Positions 23,577-25,482 of a stretch of 25,482 bases of DNA are shown here, piece after piece. The position numbers and the translations under genes were made by a program. Position 1 is the stretch's first letter. Each line of letters opens with the position of its first letter. Location: assembly GCA_015494375.1 (NCBI GenBank), contig WGBL01000213.1, forward strand, positions 1-25,482, given 5' to 3'. Under the pieces are notes generated by a model. It saw only the letters and a program-made list of their open reading frames with translations, made no database searches and was not told the DNA's origin. This DNA comes from Hyphomicrobiales bacterium (lineage in GTDB: Bacteria > Pseudomonadota > Alphaproteobacteria > Rhizobiales > S144-23).

Positions 23577-24275
23577 TCAGTCGATGGGATGTAGAACACC
23601 CCCCTCGAGCTTGAGCACGCGATCCATGCGCTCGGCCAGCGCCATGTTGTGGGTGGCGACGAGGGCCGCAACGCCGGCGCCCCGCACCAGCGCGATGAGC
23701 TCATCAAAGACGCGATCGGCCGTCTCGGGGTCGAGATTGCCCGTAGGCTCATCGGCGAGCAGCAGCGTGTCGCCATTGCCCGCGCGCTCGCCAATGAGCC
23801 ACGGGTGCTGCTCGCCGCCCGAAAGCTCGCCGGGACGATGCCCGTGCCGGCCATCGAGCCCCAGGCGCCCAAGCAGCTCCGCCGCCCGCACCTCGGCCTC
23901 GCGCCGCCCGCGGCCCATGATGCGTTGCGGCAGCACGACATTCTCGAGGGCCGAGAACTCGGGCAAGAGGTGATGGAACTGATAGACATAGCCGATCTCA
24001 CGGCGGCGAATGCGGGTCCGCTCGCTGTCGGCAAGGCGCGTGCAGTCGCGACCGTCAAGGATCACCTGGCCCGCATCGGGGCGCTCGAGGAGCCCCGCCA
24101 TGTGGAGAAGCGAAGACTTGCCCGCGCCCGAGGGCCCGACAAGCCCCACGATCTCGCCACCATGGAGGGCGGCCGAGGCGCCTCTCAAAACATGGATCTC
24201 GCGCGGACCCTGGCGATAGGTGCGCACGAGCCCCTCGAGGCGGAGGGTCGCCTGCTCGGTATTTGTCCTTTGCAT
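23577..24275 (-). CDS. lolD: Lipoprotein-releasing ABC transporter ATP-binding protein LolD, carrying an internal 41-bp inversion
   Basis: 232 aa. Walker A GPSGAGKS, Q-loop YQFHHLLPEF, signature LSGGEQ, Walker B/D-loop LLADEPTGNLD, H-loop VATH. The 15 residues between signature and Walker B are non-canonical in this orientation. Directly follows lolC/E. Confidence 0.93.
   Translation of the reverse strand: MQRTNTEQATLRLEGLVRTYRQGPREIHVLRGASAALHGGEIVGLVGPSGAGKSSLLHMAGLLERPDAGQVILDGRDCTRLADSERTRIRRREIGYVYQFHHLLPEFSALENVVLPQRIMGRGRREAEVRAAELLGRLGLDGRHGHRPGELSGGEQHPWLIGERAGNGDTLLLADEPTGNLDPETADRVFDELIALVRGAGVAALVATHNMALAERMDRVLKLEGGVLHPID
23753..23817. other. Intragenic inversion: 41-bp segment (23765-23805) flanked by perfect 12-bp inverted repeats
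   Basis: CGGCGAGCAGCA (23753-23764) and TGCTGCTCGCCG (23806-23817) are exact reverse complements. The + strand reads [21 protein letters not shown], the canonical ABC-ATPase sequence, inside a minus-strand gene. Confidence 0.95.
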
Positions 24276-24282
24276 GGCGCCC

Positions 24283-25482
24283 CTACTCGTACCTCAGCGC
24301 TTCGACCGGGTCCAATCGAGAGGCGCGCCAGGAGGGATAGAGCGTCGCCAGCACCGAAATCACCACCCCCATCGCCACAATCAGTGCGGTCTGTGTCACA
24401 TCCATGCGCGCCGGCAGGCTCGCCAGATAATAGAACTCGGGATCGAACAGCTTGGTGCCGGTGAGCCGGGAGATGAACTGGCGCACGCTCTCGATGTTCT
24501 CGCAAACGATGACACCGAGCAGCAGCCCGGCCAGCGTACCAACAATCCCGATGCTCGCCCCGGTGATCAGGAAGACGCGCATGACCGCGCCCTTGGTCGC
24601 ACCCATCGTACGCAGAATGGCAATGTCGCGCCCCTTGTCTTTGACGAGCATGATGAGGCCCGAGATGATGTTGAGCGCCGCCACGAGCACGATGAGGCTC
24701 AGGATCAGGAACATGACATTGCGCTCGACCTCAAGCACGGTGAAGAAGCTGGCATTGCGCTCGGTCCAGTCGGTGACGAAATGGCGCGGTGCACCGGCAA
24801 TCGTCAGCCGCTCCTTGATTTCGGCGATGTTCTCGGGATCGTCCACCATCACCTCGAGCACGGTCACCGCGTCGCGACTGTTGAAAAAGCGCTGCGCCTC
24901 GGCGAGCGGCATGAAGATGATGCTGCGGTCGTATTCCGACATCCCGATCTTGAAGATGGCGGTGATGGGATAGCGCTTGATGTTGGGCTTGGTGCCAAAG
25001 ACGGTCGCCCGGCCACGCGGATTGACGAGCGTGACCGTATCACCGACGCGGACCTGAAGCTGGCTTGCCATCCGGCTGCCGATGGCGATTGCGGCACGGC
25101 CATCGAACCCCTCGAGCGAGCCGTCGACGATATTGCCACCGACAAGGGGCATGCGTGCGATGTCGGCGCCGCGCATGCCGCGCACAAGCGCGCCCACGCT
25201 CGTGGCCGGCCCCGCGACCATCACCTGACCCTCGACGAGGGGCATGACACTCACCACGCCCTCGACGCGCGCAAGCTTCTGCGCCACCTCGTCAAAGCCG
25301 GTGAACGGCTCGCCGACCCTATGGACGACGGCATGGCCATTGACGCCCAGGATCTTCTCGAAGAGCTCGGCGCGAAAGCCGTTCATCACCGCCATGACAA
25401 TAATGAGCGTGGCAATGCCCAGCATGATGCCGAGAAAGGAAAAACCGGCGATCACCGAAATGAACCCCTCGCGCCGGCGCGA
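24283..25482 (-). CDS. lolE: Lipoprotein-releasing ABC transporter permease LolC/E (5' end outside window)
   Basis: Frame is open to the window edge (SRRREGFISVIAGFSFLGIMLGIATLIIVMAVMNGF). Also FKIGMSEYD, ERNVMFLIL, AALNIISGLIMLVKDKGRDIAILRTMGA, ATLYPSWRASRLDPVEALRYE. Confidence 0.95.
   Translation of the reverse strand, partial: SRRREGFISVIAGFSFLGIMLGIATLIIVMAVMNGFRAELFEKILGVNGHAVVHRVGEPFTGFDEVAQKLARVEGVVSVMPLVEGQVMVAGPATSVGALVRGMRGADIARMPLVGGNIVDGSLEGFDGRAAIAIGSRMASQLQVRVGDTVTLVNPRGRATVFGTKPNIKRYPITAIFKIGMSEYDRSIIFMPLAEAQRFFNSRDAVTVLEVMVDDPENIAEIKERLTIAGAPRHFVTDWTERNASFFTVLEVERNVMFLILSLIVLVAALNIISGLIMLVKDKGRDIAILRTMGATKGAVMRVFLITGASIGIVGTLAGLLLGVIVCENIESVRQFISRLTGTKLFDPEFYYLASLPARMDVTQTALIVAMGVVISVLATLYPSWRASRLDPVEALRYE

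Noticed and set aside
23649-24464. Plus-strand 271-aa ORF containing [21 protein letters not shown]
   Set aside because: Not a separate ABC ATPase. The motif comes only from the inverted lolD segment, and there is no Walker A or D-loop in this frame.

Overview
GC-rich alphaproteobacterial (probably Hyphomicrobiales-like) core-genome region, almost entirely on the minus strand. In transcription order on that strand: lolC/E (partial)-lolD-dnaE, an intergenic palindromic-repeat mosaic, betA, a NodB-type polysaccharide deacetylase, a 4-hydroxyproline epimerase, ccrA, a SoxW-like thioredoxin, a surface-polysaccharide cluster (CapD/WbpM dehydratase, GT4 glycosyltransferase, AsnB-type amidotransferase) and rplY-pth-ychF. 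The plus strand carries a DUF547 + DedA/TVP38 pair, a small secreted Cys-rich protein and the 3' end of an unidentified gene. No rRNA, tRNA, CRISPR array or transposase was seen. Main findings: (1) a frame-preserving 41-bp inversion inside lolD, flanked by perfect 12-bp inverted repeats, replaces the canonical [15 protein letters not shown] helix with HPWLIGERAGNGDTL; the canonical sequence is intact on the opposite strand (intragenic inverton, fixed micro-inversion or artefact). (2) Four GANTC sites, all in the GcrA-type YGAKTCG context, are tandemly arrayed upstream of dnaE. (3) The GT4 has lost its donor-binding Arg and both EX7E glutamates. (4) A symmetric six-Cys mini-protein is divergent from the Tat-type thioredoxin. 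(5) A nested REP/MITE-like element lies between dnaE and betA. (6) Short tandem duplications are very dense at gene boundaries, several of them copying stop codons.
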